Shown: piece after piece, positions 43,960-52,273 of the stretch | Layout of the letters: each line of letters opens with the position of its first letter | Position numbering within the stretch: the first letter of the stretch is position 1 | From: Thermoplasmata archaeon | Lineage (GTDB): Archaea > Thermoplasmatota > Thermoplasmata > Lutacidiplasmatales > UBA184 | NCBI GenBank assembly: GCA_035502055.1 | Contig: DATJVB010000036.1 | Location: forward strand, 1 to 59,801 | Direction: 5' to 3' | Length of the DNA: 59,801 nucleotides | The notes under the pieces: generated by a model | What the model was told of the DNA's origin: nothing | Databases searched by the model: none | The model's input: only the letters and a program-made list of their open reading frames with translations | Program-made: the position numbers and the translations under genes

Positions 43960-45083
43960 GGAGCCCCCGAGGGAGGCGGGCTGCTCCGGCCGAACCGCGG
44001 CATCGGCGCCGCCCGACGCTCGATCCGACGGCCGAGATGGCGGACCAGGTGGACCGCGCCCCGGCCGACGATCTCCGCGCCGACGAGGGGGATCGTCGCC
44101 GGGAAGCCGGCCCGCCCGCCGACCTCGCCGAGCCGGCCGGCGACGCGCGCGGCCGTCGAACCGGCGCCTCCGATGCGGGCGCCGGACCGGAGAAGACCGC
44201 CCGTCGCGGAGGACCCGGCGGCGAGTCCGCGCTGGATGCCGCCCACGAGCGCCGAGTGCGCCGACGGGTAGCCGACCCCGGTGAGGTGGCTCCCGGCGAG
44301 CGAGACGAGCGACGGGGCGCCGAGGGCGATGGTGAGGAAGCCGAGCAGCAGGAGGACGCTCGGCGCCCCGACGGCGAGCTTGAGGGGCACGACGATGACG
44401 CACGGGAGGAACGCCGCCTCCACGAGCCAGAGCCAGGCCCGCCGGGCGATCGGGGCGAACGTCGGGATCGGATAGAGGAGGGTGAACGCCGGCAGGAGGA
44501 CGAGGAGGACCGCGAGCAGGGCGTCCCGGAGCGCGACGGCGGCGGCGAGGAGGAGGACGACGGAGAAAAGGGCGAACGAGACGACGAACGCGAGGACCCC
44601 GTTGTCCCACGAGAAGCCGACGCCGCCGACCCCCGCGAGATCGACCCACTGCTGCCAGGCGACGCCGTCGAGCCCCTGGACCGTCGCGTACGTCGCGCCG
44701 GCGATCGATAGGATCCCGCCGGCGACGGGGACGGCGAGGTTCGCGAGGACGATCGAGACGACCAGCTTCGGGAGCGCGGCCTCGAACTGGACCGCCCGGG
44801 GACCGAAAGTCGACCGGGCGAGGTACAGGAGCGCGACGCCCGCCCCGACCACCACGATCGCGGGGTCGACGAGCCCGACGACGACCAGATCGCTCAGCCG
44901 GGCGGCCTCGGCGAGGAACCCCGACGCCGGTCCGAACGGCGGGAGCGAGGGATAGAGCGACCCGGTGGCGAGCTCGGGGACCAGGAGATGGTCGTACGTC
45001 GGGCCGATCACGGCCGCCAGGAGCGCCGTGAGCGTCGAGAACATCGCGAAGAGGAGCGCCTGGAGGAGGACGGTCGGGTCCAT
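43956..45083 (-). CDS. VirB6/TrbL/CedA-like polytopic membrane protein
   Basis: 375 aa with about 7 TM helices over the first 280 aa, then a Gly/Ala-rich soluble tail. Size, topology and position between the pilin-like and VirB4-like genes fit VirB6/CedA. There is no sequence-level proof. Confidence 0.55.
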   Translation of the reverse strand: MDPTVLLQALLFAMFSTLTALLAAVIGPTYDHLLVPELATGSLYPSLPPFGPASGFLAEAARLSDLVVVGLVDPAIVVVGAGVALLYLARSTFGPRAVQFEAALPKLVVSIVLANLAVPVAGGILSIAGATYATVQGLDGVAWQQWVDLAGVGGVGFSWDNGVLAFVVSFALFSVVLLLAAAVALRDALLAVLLVLLPAFTLLYPIPTFAPIARRAWLWLVEAAFLPCVIVVPLKLAVGAPSVLLLLGFLTIALGAPSLVSLAGSHLTGVGYPSAHSALVGGIQRGLAAGSSATGGLLRSGARIGGAGSTAARVAGRLGEVGGRAGFPATIPLVGAEIVGRGAVHLVRHLGRRIERRAAPMPRFGRSSPPPSGAP

Positions 45084-45093
45084 CGACCGCTCC

Positions 45094-45474
45094 TCAGGTG
45101 CCCGTCAGCACCCAGTGGGCGAGCCCCCAGACGAGGCCCGAGAGCGCGGCGACGAAGAGGAGCGTCCCGACGAGCGCGTCCCGGGCCCGGTCCCGGGCCT
45201 GGATCTTCTTCGTCAGGTCGTGCGAGAACCAGCTGAGGGCGACGCGCGCCCAGGCGATCGCCAGGAGTCCGCTCCCCGCGACGCCCAGCAGGGTCACGAT
45301 CCGGTTCACGGACGCGGTGAAGTTCTCGACCGGCGTCCCCGAGGCGCTCGCGCCGACCCCGGCCGCGTCCGCGGCGCCCGGAGGGCCCGACGGACGCCCC
45401 GGCGACGGGAGACCGGCGGGGACCAGGAGGACGGCGGCGAGGAGGATCGTGCCCGCCACGCCGGCCGGCCTCAT
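45094..45474 (-). CDS. VirB2/TrbC-like pilin candidate (CedA1/TedC-like)
   Basis: ATG at 45474 lies in frame in track ORF 45094..46317 and overlaps the upstream stop (ATGA). The protein is 126 aa. A signal peptide (MRPAGVAGTILLAAVLLVPAGL) is followed by two hydrophobic helices (IVTLLGVAGSGLLAIAWARVALSWF and ALVGTLLFVAALSGLVWGLAHWVL). A basic loop (SHDLTKKIQARDRARD) separates them. Confidence 0.55.
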   Translation of the reverse strand: MRPAGVAGTILLAAVLLVPAGLPSPGRPSGPPGAADAAGVGASASGTPVENFTASVNRIVTLLGVAGSGLLAIAWARVALSWFSHDLTKKIQARDRARDALVGTLLFVAALSGLVWGLAHWVLTGT

Positions 45475-47078
45475 GCGGCCTCCGGGGGGCGGGCGGCCGC
45501 CTCCCTTGGGGTCGGGACGATCGCGAGCTTCTCCGACTCCCCGGAGCCGACGACCCGGATCCGGCCGCGCGCGAGGCCGGTCTCGATCGCGCGCTGGGCG
45601 GAGTCGACGTCGACGCCGGCCTCCTGCGCGAGGTACTCGAGGTCCTCCCGTCCCACGGGCCCGTCCTCGGCGAGGATCCGCTCGACCGTCGACTCCGGGC
45701 CGGGAGGCGGCATCGACAGGGCCGGCGGCCCGGGGCGTCGGGGGAGGAACCGGACCGCGACCGCGCCGGCACCGGCCCCGATCGCGAACGCGGCGACCGC
45801 CCACACCATCGCGTCGTCGCCGGCAGGCGCCCCGCCGCCGCCCGTCGGCGAGGGGACGGATCGGGCGGGCAGCTCGATCGTGGAGGCGGCGGACGCGGAC
45901 CGGCCCGCGGCGTCGGTGGCGACGACCGTCGCGGTGAGGTAGCCTCCCGCGTCGGGATTGGCCGTCCAGTCGACGGCGCCGGGCCCGGAACGGTTCCCGT
46001 GCGTCGCCTCCCCGTCGGACAGGGCGATCGCGTAGGCGTACGGCGCGAACCCTCCCGACAGGACGACGGAGACCGAGACGCTCCCGTTCGCCGCGGCGGG
46101 GAGCGTGTCGAACGCGAGCCCGACGCCGACGGCCGGGACGACCTCGACCGAGACGTTCGCCGACCGCTCGACGCCGATCGCGTCGGCGACGGTCGCGACG
46201 AGCGTGAAGTTCCCCGCGGTCGGGAACGTCCCCGCCCAGGCGATCGGGCCGGGCCCGGCTTCGGTGCCGTTGGGCGGTGTCGTCGCCTCGACCGGGCCGT
46301 CGACGCCGAACGACCACCGGATCGGCGGCGCCCCGCCGACGGCGAGGAGGTCGAGCGCGACCGGCGCGGCGACCTCGGTCTCGACCGCTGCTTCAGGGGC
46401 GATGAGGTCGAGCGCGGCGCCGACGGTCGCGACGTCCGCGGTCGCGCTGGCCGCGCCGCCGACCGAGTCGGTCACCGTCGCCGCGACCCACAACGGCCCG
46501 GACCCGTTCGCGGCGACGGGTTCCGTGAGCGACCCCGCCTTCGGCACGCTCGCGGTCCCGCCGTCGTCGCCGCCGGAGACGGTCCAGGTTAGCGAGTACG
46601 GCGCGACCCCGCCCGTGATCGCGAACGTCGCGGGGACCGGAACGCCGACGTCCGTCGCGTCGTCCCCCGCGGCGATGGAGAGCGCGGGAGACGGGACCGT
46701 CGTCACCGTGCAGTTCGCCGTCGCGTAGTCGGAGGCGCCGTCGCCGGCGGCGAGGGAGATCGTCACGGAGGCGTTCGGGGAGAGCGTGACCGTCCAGTTG
46801 GCCGACCGGCCGACGCCGAGCCCGTCGCCCGTCCACAGGTAGGTGAACGGCGGCAGCCCGCCGATCGGATCGGCCGACAGGACGAACGGAACGAACGGGT
46901 CGGCCGACGGTCCGGGTCCCGCGATCGTGACCGCGAACCCGTCGGCGGGACGGACCGCCGTCCGGACCGAGGCGGATCCGGGGCCGGAGTCGAGCGGCGT
47001 CGCTGCGACCGCGGGCGACGCCGCGACCAGGCCGGCGGCGAGCAGAAGAGCGACCGTCGCCGCGCACGGACCCCGCAT
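45471..47078 (-). CDS. Surface protein with 4-5 Ig-like repeats, a single TM, and a cytoplasmic wHTH-like C-terminal domain
   Basis: ATG at 47078 lies in frame in track ORF 45471..47795, with GGGAGGG 5 nt upstream. The signal peptide is MRGPCAATVALLLAAGLVAASPAVA. Repeats carry GG.PP(Y/F).Y.W motifs. The TM is MVWAVAAFAIGAGAGAVAV. The tail is STVERILAEDGPVGREDLEYLAQEAGVDVDSAQRAIETGLARGRIRVV. Confidence 0.7.
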   Translation of the reverse strand: MRGPCAATVALLLAAGLVAASPAVAATPLDSGPGSASVRTAVRPADGFAVTIAGPGPSADPFVPFVLSADPIGGLPPFTYLWTGDGLGVGRSANWTVTLSPNASVTISLAAGDGASDYATANCTVTTVPSPALSIAAGDDATDVGVPVPATFAITGGVAPYSLTWTVSGGDDGGTASVPKAGSLTEPVAANGSGPLWVAATVTDSVGGAASATADVATVGAALDLIAPEAAVETEVAAPVALDLLAVGGAPPIRWSFGVDGPVEATTPPNGTEAGPGPIAWAGTFPTAGNFTLVATVADAIGVERSANVSVEVVPAVGVGLAFDTLPAAANGSVSVSVVLSGGFAPYAYAIALSDGEATHGNRSGPGAVDWTANPDAGGYLTATVVATDAAGRSASAASTIELPARSVPSPTGGGGAPAGDDAMVWAVAAFAIGAGAGAVAVRFLPRRPGPPALSMPPPGPESTVERILAEDGPVGREDLEYLAQEAGVDVDSAQRAIETGLARGRIRVVGSGESEKLAIVPTPREAAARPPEAA

Positions 47079-47152
47079 GACGACCCTCCCGGTCGCCCGA
47101 CCGTCCGGGCGTATTTCGGGGCCGGCGGAGGTACGAACGCTGGAACCTGGGC

Positions 47153-47809
47153 CTACGCGTCGAGGCGCATGGCGAGGTGCTCCCGGGAGAGCGGCGCGAG
47201 GTCGACGGTTCCGCGGACGACGTGCCCGGCGGCGGTGAGGATCCGGCGCGCCTCGTCGAGCACCGCCGCGGCGGGGCGGGCCTGCGTCACCGAGCGGACC
47301 TTGAGCATGAGGAGGCCGCGGCCGCGAGCGGCGAGGCACGCGCGGGAGTTCTCGACGAAGATGCTCGCCTGGGTCCGCTGCGCCACGTCCTGGTACAGGA
47401 GTTCCGCCCGCCCCACGTCCGCCGCGTACCGCTCGGGCAGCTGCGCGTCGGCGAGGATCGGCCGGAGGTTCGGCCGGTCCTGGGCGAGGGCGAGGAGCGG
47501 CGCGAACGCGAGAGGGCTCTTCTCGACGACGACGATCCGGGCGTCGGGGAGGATGTCCGACAGGTGGCTCACCGTCGTCCCGTGGCCGCCGCCGAGGTAG
47601 AGGACCGTTCCGACGTCCTCGAAGAGGGCGTGCGGCCGGGCCCGCAGGAGGTACGCGGCGAGCTTCGAGCGGAACGGGTCCCACCGGCGGTACTCGACCC
47701 CGTCCTCGGTGTGGACGTCCTCGCCGTAGACCCGCCGCCCGGGGGTGAGGTTCCGCGTGTACAGGTCCCGCCCGCGCCGGTAGACCTCCTTCCACCCGGA
47801 CGGCTGCAT
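47153..47809 (-). CDS. flpA: Fibrillarin-like rRNA/tRNA 2'-O-methyltransferase
   Basis: 218 aa. It has RNLTPGRRVYGE, WDPFRSKLAA, YLGGGHGTTVSHLSD (SAM motif I) and YQDVAQ, giving full-length similarity to archaeal fibrillarin. Confidence 0.9.
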   Translation of the reverse strand: MQPSGWKEVYRRGRDLYTRNLTPGRRVYGEDVHTEDGVEYRRWDPFRSKLAAYLLRARPHALFEDVGTVLYLGGGHGTTVSHLSDILPDARIVVVEKSPLAFAPLLALAQDRPNLRPILADAQLPERYAADVGRAELLYQDVAQRTQASIFVENSRACLAARGRGLLMLKVRSVTQARPAAAVLDEARRILTAAGHVVRGTVDLAPLSREHLAMRLDA

Positions 47810-47817
47810 CTTCCCTC

Positions 47818-48288
47818 CTACCGGGCCCCCACCGACGCGAGGAGCTCGACCTCGACCGGGGCGCCCAGCGGAAGCGACGCGACCCCGACGGTCGCGCGCG
47901 CCGGTCGGACGTCGGGCCCGAACAGCTCGGCGAGGAGCTCCGTCGCCCCGTTCGCGACCTCGTGGGTCCGGTCGAACCCGGGCGACGCGGCGACGAAGAC
48001 GCCGACCCGGACGATCCGGCGGACCCGGTCGACGTCCCCGAGGGCGGCGCCGAGGGCGCTCAGCCCTTGGAGGGTCGCGTCGCGGGCGACGGTCCGGGCC
48101 GTCGACAGGTCCACCTCCCGGTCGACGGTCCCCGCGGGGTCGGCGCGACCGGCGCGCGTGACGATCTGGCCCGAGACCCAGGCGAGCGTTCCCTCGACGA
48201 CGACCGACGCATAGGTTCCGACCGGCGCGGGCGGGGGCGGGAGGCGGAGCCCGATCCTCTCGAGCCGGGCGCCGACGCCGTCGTCCAC
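47818..48288 (-). CDS. RidA/YjgF-family protein
   Basis: 156 aa. YASVVVEGTLAWVSGQI, the VGVFVAASPGF region and ARATVGVASLPLGAPVEVE are RidA-family hallmarks. Confidence 0.8.
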   Translation of the reverse strand: MDDGVGARLERIGLRLPPPPAPVGTYASVVVEGTLAWVSGQIVTRAGRADPAGTVDREVDLSTARTVARDATLQGLSALGAALGDVDRVRRIVRVGVFVAASPGFDRTHEVANGATELLAELFGPDVRPARATVGVASLPLGAPVEVELLASVGAR

Positions 48289-48380
48289 GACCGGTCCCGA
48301 ACCGGGGAAGGGAGAAAACGGTACGGGACGGTTCCGCTCCGCCGGAAGCCTATTTCCGCCGCCGGGCGTCCCCCCGGAGG

Positions 48381-48851
48381 ATGAGCGGGTTCCTGCGCCG
48401 GCTTAGGCGTCGCCCGGCCAAGGAGGAGCCGGAGGCGGAGGAGGAGCCCGAGGAGGTCCCCGAGCCGCCGGCGTTCGTCCCGTTCCCCGAGGACCGGCGG
48501 GCGCCGCCCGAGGAGCCCGAGTACCCTCCCCCCCTCGAGGTGGAATCGCCCCCCGAGGCGAACCCCCCCGCGACCTCCGAGGCCGCCCCCGCGGCCGATC
48601 TCGCTCCCGAGCCGCTCCCCGACGCGCCGACGGCCGAGCCCCCGCCGACGGCCCCGTCCCGTCCCGAGGCGCCCCCGCCGGTCGCCGCGGCCGAACCGCC
48701 GCCGCTCGGGCCGCCGCCGTTGCCGCCCACCGACCTCGACTCCGTCCGCGCGGCGACGCCGGCCCGGTCCGGGTCGACGCGGTGCTTCATCTGCGGCACC
48801 GAGCTCGTGGGGACGTACTGTCCCACGTGCCGGATGGCGTGGAACGAGTAG
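48381..48851 (+). CDS. Pro/Glu/Ala-rich disordered protein ending in a CxxC..CxxC zinc ribbon
   Basis: 156 aa with a basic N-terminus (MSGFLRRLRRRPAK). About 110 aa of P/E/A low complexity follow, then CFICGTELVGTYCPTCRMAWNE. Confidence 0.5.
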   Translation: MSGFLRRLRRRPAKEEPEAEEEPEEVPEPPAFVPFPEDRRAPPEEPEYPPPLEVESPPEANPPATSEAAPAADLAPEPLPDAPTAEPPPTAPSRPEAPPPVAAAEPPPLGPPPLPPTDLDSVRAATPARSGSTRCFICGTELVGTYCPTCRMAWNE

Positions 48852-48911
48852 CGCCGCCGCGCCGCGCGACCCGGCAGGTTATACCCCTCCTCCCCTCCCA
48901 ACGTCCCCTCC

Positions 48912-50561
48912 ATGAGCGGTCCCCCCCGCCCTCCCCCGGACCCGCTCGCGCCGGTCGAGAGCGCGATCGTCGACCACCTGTTCGTGCTCCAGCCCGGCTA
49001 TGCGGTGTTCCTCGGCCTCCACCGGTACGACGGGCTCCTCCCCGATCTCACCCGGGAGGGGACGGACCGATGGGTCGGCCGGGCGCGGGAGCTCCTCAAG
49101 GAGCTCGCGGCCGTCCCCCTCGACGGGCTGCCGCCGGGGCGCCGCCTCGACGCGCAGCTCCTCGGCCTCCTCCTCGAGAGCCCGCTGTTCGACCTCGTCG
49201 ACGCCCGCGAGCTCGAGCGGAACCCCATGTCGTACGCGGGAGCGCTGTCGCTCACGGCGTACATCGCCCGGGAGTACGCCCCGCTCCCCCAGCGCGTCGA
49301 CGCGATCGTCCGCCTCCTCGACGCCGCGCCCGGGTTCCTCGCCGCCGGCAGGGCCCGCCTCGACGAGCGGATCCCGGAGCCGTTCCTCACGCTCACCCAG
49401 TCGATCGCGAGCGGCCTCCCGGCGCACTTCGCCGAGACGGAGGCGATCGCCCGCGCCGGGTCCGCCGCCCTCGGCGATCGGGTCGCCGCGGCCCGCGGGC
49501 CGGCGGAGGCGGCGGTCGCCGACTTCCTATCGGCCCTCGAGCGGGAGTACTTTCCGCGACGGATCCCCGACTTCGCGCTCGGCGCGGAGAAGTTCCAGCG
49601 GCTCCTCTGGGTCCGCGAGGGGCTCACGACGCCGTTCGACCAGATCGAGGAGGCCGGGTGGGCCGACCTGCGCCGGAACCAGGCCCGGCTCGACGCCCTC
49701 GCCGCCGGCGCGTCGCCCCCGGGGACCGTCGACGATCTCCTCGAGTCGCTGTACCGGAAGCACCGGCCCGCGTCCGCGCTCGTCCCGTTCGCGCAGGGAT
49801 GCGTCGAGGAGGCGCGCACGTTCGTCGTCGAGCACGCCCTCGCGACGATCCCCGAGCCCGACCTCTGCCGCGTCGAGGAGACCCCCGTCTACGGCCGGGC
49901 CCTCTCGACGGCGAGCATGAACCCCCCCGGTCCGTTCGACACGTCGACGGACGAGGGGATCTACTACGTGACGCCGGTCGACCCCGCGTGGCCCGCGCCG
50001 CGCCAGGAGGAGTGGCTCCGGTCGCTCAACGACGCGATGCTGCGGAACATCACGGTCCACGAGGTCTACCCGGGCCACTACCTGCAGTTCCTCCACTTCC
50101 GGCGCCAGCGCAACGCGTCGCTCGCCCGGAAGGTGTTCTTCTCCGCGTCGTTCGTCGAGGGGTGGGCGCACTACTGCGAGCAGCTCGCGATCGAGGCCGG
50201 GTTCGGGCGCGGCGGGCCCGAGGCGGAGGCGGCGCAGCTCCACGACGCCCTCCTCCGCAACTGCCGGCTCCTCGCGGCGATCGCGCTCCACGCCCGCGGC
50301 GGCTCGGTGGAGGCCGCGACGGAGCTGTTCATGCGCGAGGCGCACATGGAGCGCCTCCCCGCGGAGCGCGAGGCGATCCGCGGGACGTTCAACCCGGAGT
50401 ACTTCTGCTACACCTTGGGGAAGCTCGCGATCCTCGACGCGCGCGCGGGCCTCCTCGCGAGCCGGTACGCGGGCTCCCTGCGCCGGTTCCACGACACGCT
50501 GCTCGGCTTCGGCGCTCCGCCGGTCGGCGTCCTGCCGGCCCTCCTCGCGTCGGCGGCGTAG
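48912..50561 (+). CDS. DUF885-family protein (putative metallopeptidase-like)
   Basis: 549 aa. The HEVYPGHYLQF (HExxPGH) motif and the EGWAHYCEQL motif are typical of DUF885. Confidence 0.8.
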   Translation: MSGPPRPPPDPLAPVESAIVDHLFVLQPGYAVFLGLHRYDGLLPDLTREGTDRWVGRARELLKELAAVPLDGLPPGRRLDAQLLGLLLESPLFDLVDARELERNPMSYAGALSLTAYIAREYAPLPQRVDAIVRLLDAAPGFLAAGRARLDERIPEPFLTLTQSIASGLPAHFAETEAIARAGSAALGDRVAAARGPAEAAVADFLSALEREYFPRRIPDFALGAEKFQRLLWVREGLTTPFDQIEEAGWADLRRNQARLDALAAGASPPGTVDDLLESLYRKHRPASALVPFAQGCVEEARTFVVEHALATIPEPDLCRVEETPVYGRALSTASMNPPGPFDTSTDEGIYYVTPVDPAWPAPRQEEWLRSLNDAMLRNITVHEVYPGHYLQFLHFRRQRNASLARKVFFSASFVEGWAHYCEQLAIEAGFGRGGPEAEAAQLHDALLRNCRLLAAIALHARGGSVEAATELFMREAHMERLPAEREAIRGTFNPEYFCYTLGKLAILDARAGLLASRYAGSLRRFHDTLLGFGAPPVGVLPALLASAA

Positions 50562-50570
50562 GGCGCGCCC

Positions 50571-51347
50571 CTACGCGGTGATCCGCTGCGGGGCGGTCTC
50601 CACCGACCGGACGACGATCGCCGCGGCGGCGACGAACGCGACCGCGACGCCCACGAGCCCGGCGACGGCCGCCGGCAGGGAGACGACCGTCGGGAAGGCG
50701 TGGAGCGGCCCCGACGCGGTCAACCGGGCGCCGACGCTGAGGAGATAGTACAGCACCGTCACCCGCGGGAACGATCCCGGCAGGAGGAGGACGAGCTCCT
50801 CCCAGAGGAAGCCAAAGAGGAGCCCCAGGACGAGGGCGCTCGGGCTCAGGAGGCCGAGGAGGAGGTAGATCGCGCCGTACGCCGCGGCGGCGAGGACGGT
50901 GATCGCGGCGATCGCGACCGGGTCGGCGATCGGCGGCGCGGTCCCGCCGCCGAGTGCGGCGACGCCGAGGGGGAGGAGCGCCGCCGGCGCGAGGATCGCG
51001 AGAGCGGCCGCGAGGGCGCCCGCGTACTTGCCGACGGCGACGCCGGCCCGGTCAATCGAGCGCGTCGTGAGGTACGTGAGCGTGTCGAGCTCGATCTCGG
51101 AGCGGAACGCGGAGGCGAAGACGACGAGCAGGACGAGGACGTCGATCACCCGCAGGGTGAGCGACAGGAAGAGGCCCTCCGCCGTCGCCGTCGTCGCGGC
51201 GTCGCCCGGGTCCGCGAGCGCGATGGCGGCGACGATCCCCGTCGGGGCGAGCGCGAGGACGACGAGGGCGACCCCCCGAAGGCCGGTGAGGCTCGCACGG
51301 AACGCGAGCCGGGCGACGACCGGGATCCGGCCGAGCGTCCCATTCAT
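50571..51347 (-). CDS. ABC-2-type transporter permease
   Basis: ATG at 51347 lies in frame in track ORF 50571..52403, with an ATGA overlap to the upstream ATPase stop. The protein is 258 aa with about 6 TM helices. Confidence 0.65.
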   Translation of the reverse strand: MNGTLGRIPVVARLAFRASLTGLRGVALVVLALAPTGIVAAIALADPGDAATTATAEGLFLSLTLRVIDVLVLLVVFASAFRSEIELDTLTYLTTRSIDRAGVAVGKYAGALAAALAILAPAALLPLGVAALGGGTAPPIADPVAIAAITVLAAAAYGAIYLLLGLLSPSALVLGLLFGFLWEELVLLLPGSFPRVTVLYYLLSVGARLTASGPLHAFPTVVSLPAAVAGLVGVAVAFVAAAAIVVRSVETAPQRITA

Positions 51348-52273
51348 CCCCGGCCCTCCGTCAGGTACCGGAAGACCGCGTCCAGGTTGTCGTCCACGCT
51401 CCGCATCGCCGTCACGCGGATCCCCTCCGCGACTACGACGCCGGGGAGGTCCCGGTAGAATGTCTCCGGGGCCCGGGACCGGACGGTGAGGCGGCCGTCG
51501 GCGGGGAACTCGACGGCCACGACGTGGTCCCAGCCCGAGAGGACGCGCGCCAAGCCCCGGGGGTCGGGCGTCGCGAGGTCGATCGTGTGCGGCCGGGCGT
51601 CGAGGAGGTCCCGGATCCGGTGGAAGTCCCCCTGCGCGAGCGCGCGGCCGTTCGAGATCATGACGATCGACTCGGTGAGCCGCTCCACCTCGTACAGCAC
51701 GTGGCTGCTGACGAGGAGGTGGCGGCCGTCGCGGGCGAGCCGCTCGAACAGGTCGATGAGGTGCGCCCGGCCGACCGGGTCGACGCCGTTGAGCGGCTCG
51801 TCGAGCAGGAGGAGCTCCGGGTCGTGGGCGATCGCCTGGGCGAGCTTCACCCGCTGGCGCATCCCGCGGCTGTAGACCCGGATCCGGCGGTGTGCGGCGT
51901 CGGCGAGCCCCACCGTCTCGATCGCGGCGCCCGCCCGGCCGCGCGCCTCCGCGCGGCCGAAGCCGTCGACGCGCAGGAGCCCCGTCACGAACTCGAGCCC
52001 CGTCATCCAGTCGTAGAGGGCGAAATGCTCCGGGCAGTAGCCGACCCGCCGGCGGAACTCGCCCTGCGCCCCGGCGGGGTGGCCCAACAGCTCGAGGCGG
52101 CCCCGGTCGAGGTGGAGCTGGCCCACGAGGAGCCGGAACAGCGTCGACTTCCCGGCGCCGTTCGGGCCGATGAGGCCCGTCGTGCCGGGGCCGACCGTCG
52201 CGGTGAACCCGTTGAGGCCCAGCACCTCCCCGTAGCTCTTCGTCGCGTCGACCGCCTCCAGGACGGCCGTCAT
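51344..52273 (-). CDS. ABC transporter ATP-binding protein
   Basis: ATG at 52273 lies in frame in track ORF 51344..52984. Walker A is GPNGAGKST, the signature is YSRGMRQR, and Walker B is LLLLDEP. It has a C-terminal accessory domain. Confidence 0.9.
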   Translation of the reverse strand: MTAVLEAVDATKSYGEVLGLNGFTATVGPGTTGLIGPNGAGKSTLFRLLVGQLHLDRGRLELLGHPAGAQGEFRRRVGYCPEHFALYDWMTGLEFVTGLLRVDGFGRAEARGRAGAAIETVGLADAAHRRIRVYSRGMRQRVKLAQAIAHDPELLLLDEPLNGVDPVGRAHLIDLFERLARDGRHLLVSSHVLYEVERLTESIVMISNGRALAQGDFHRIRDLLDARPHTIDLATPDPRGLARVLSGWDHVVAVEFPADGRLTVRSRAPETFYRDLPGVVVAEGIRVTAMRSVDDNLDAVFRYLTEGRG

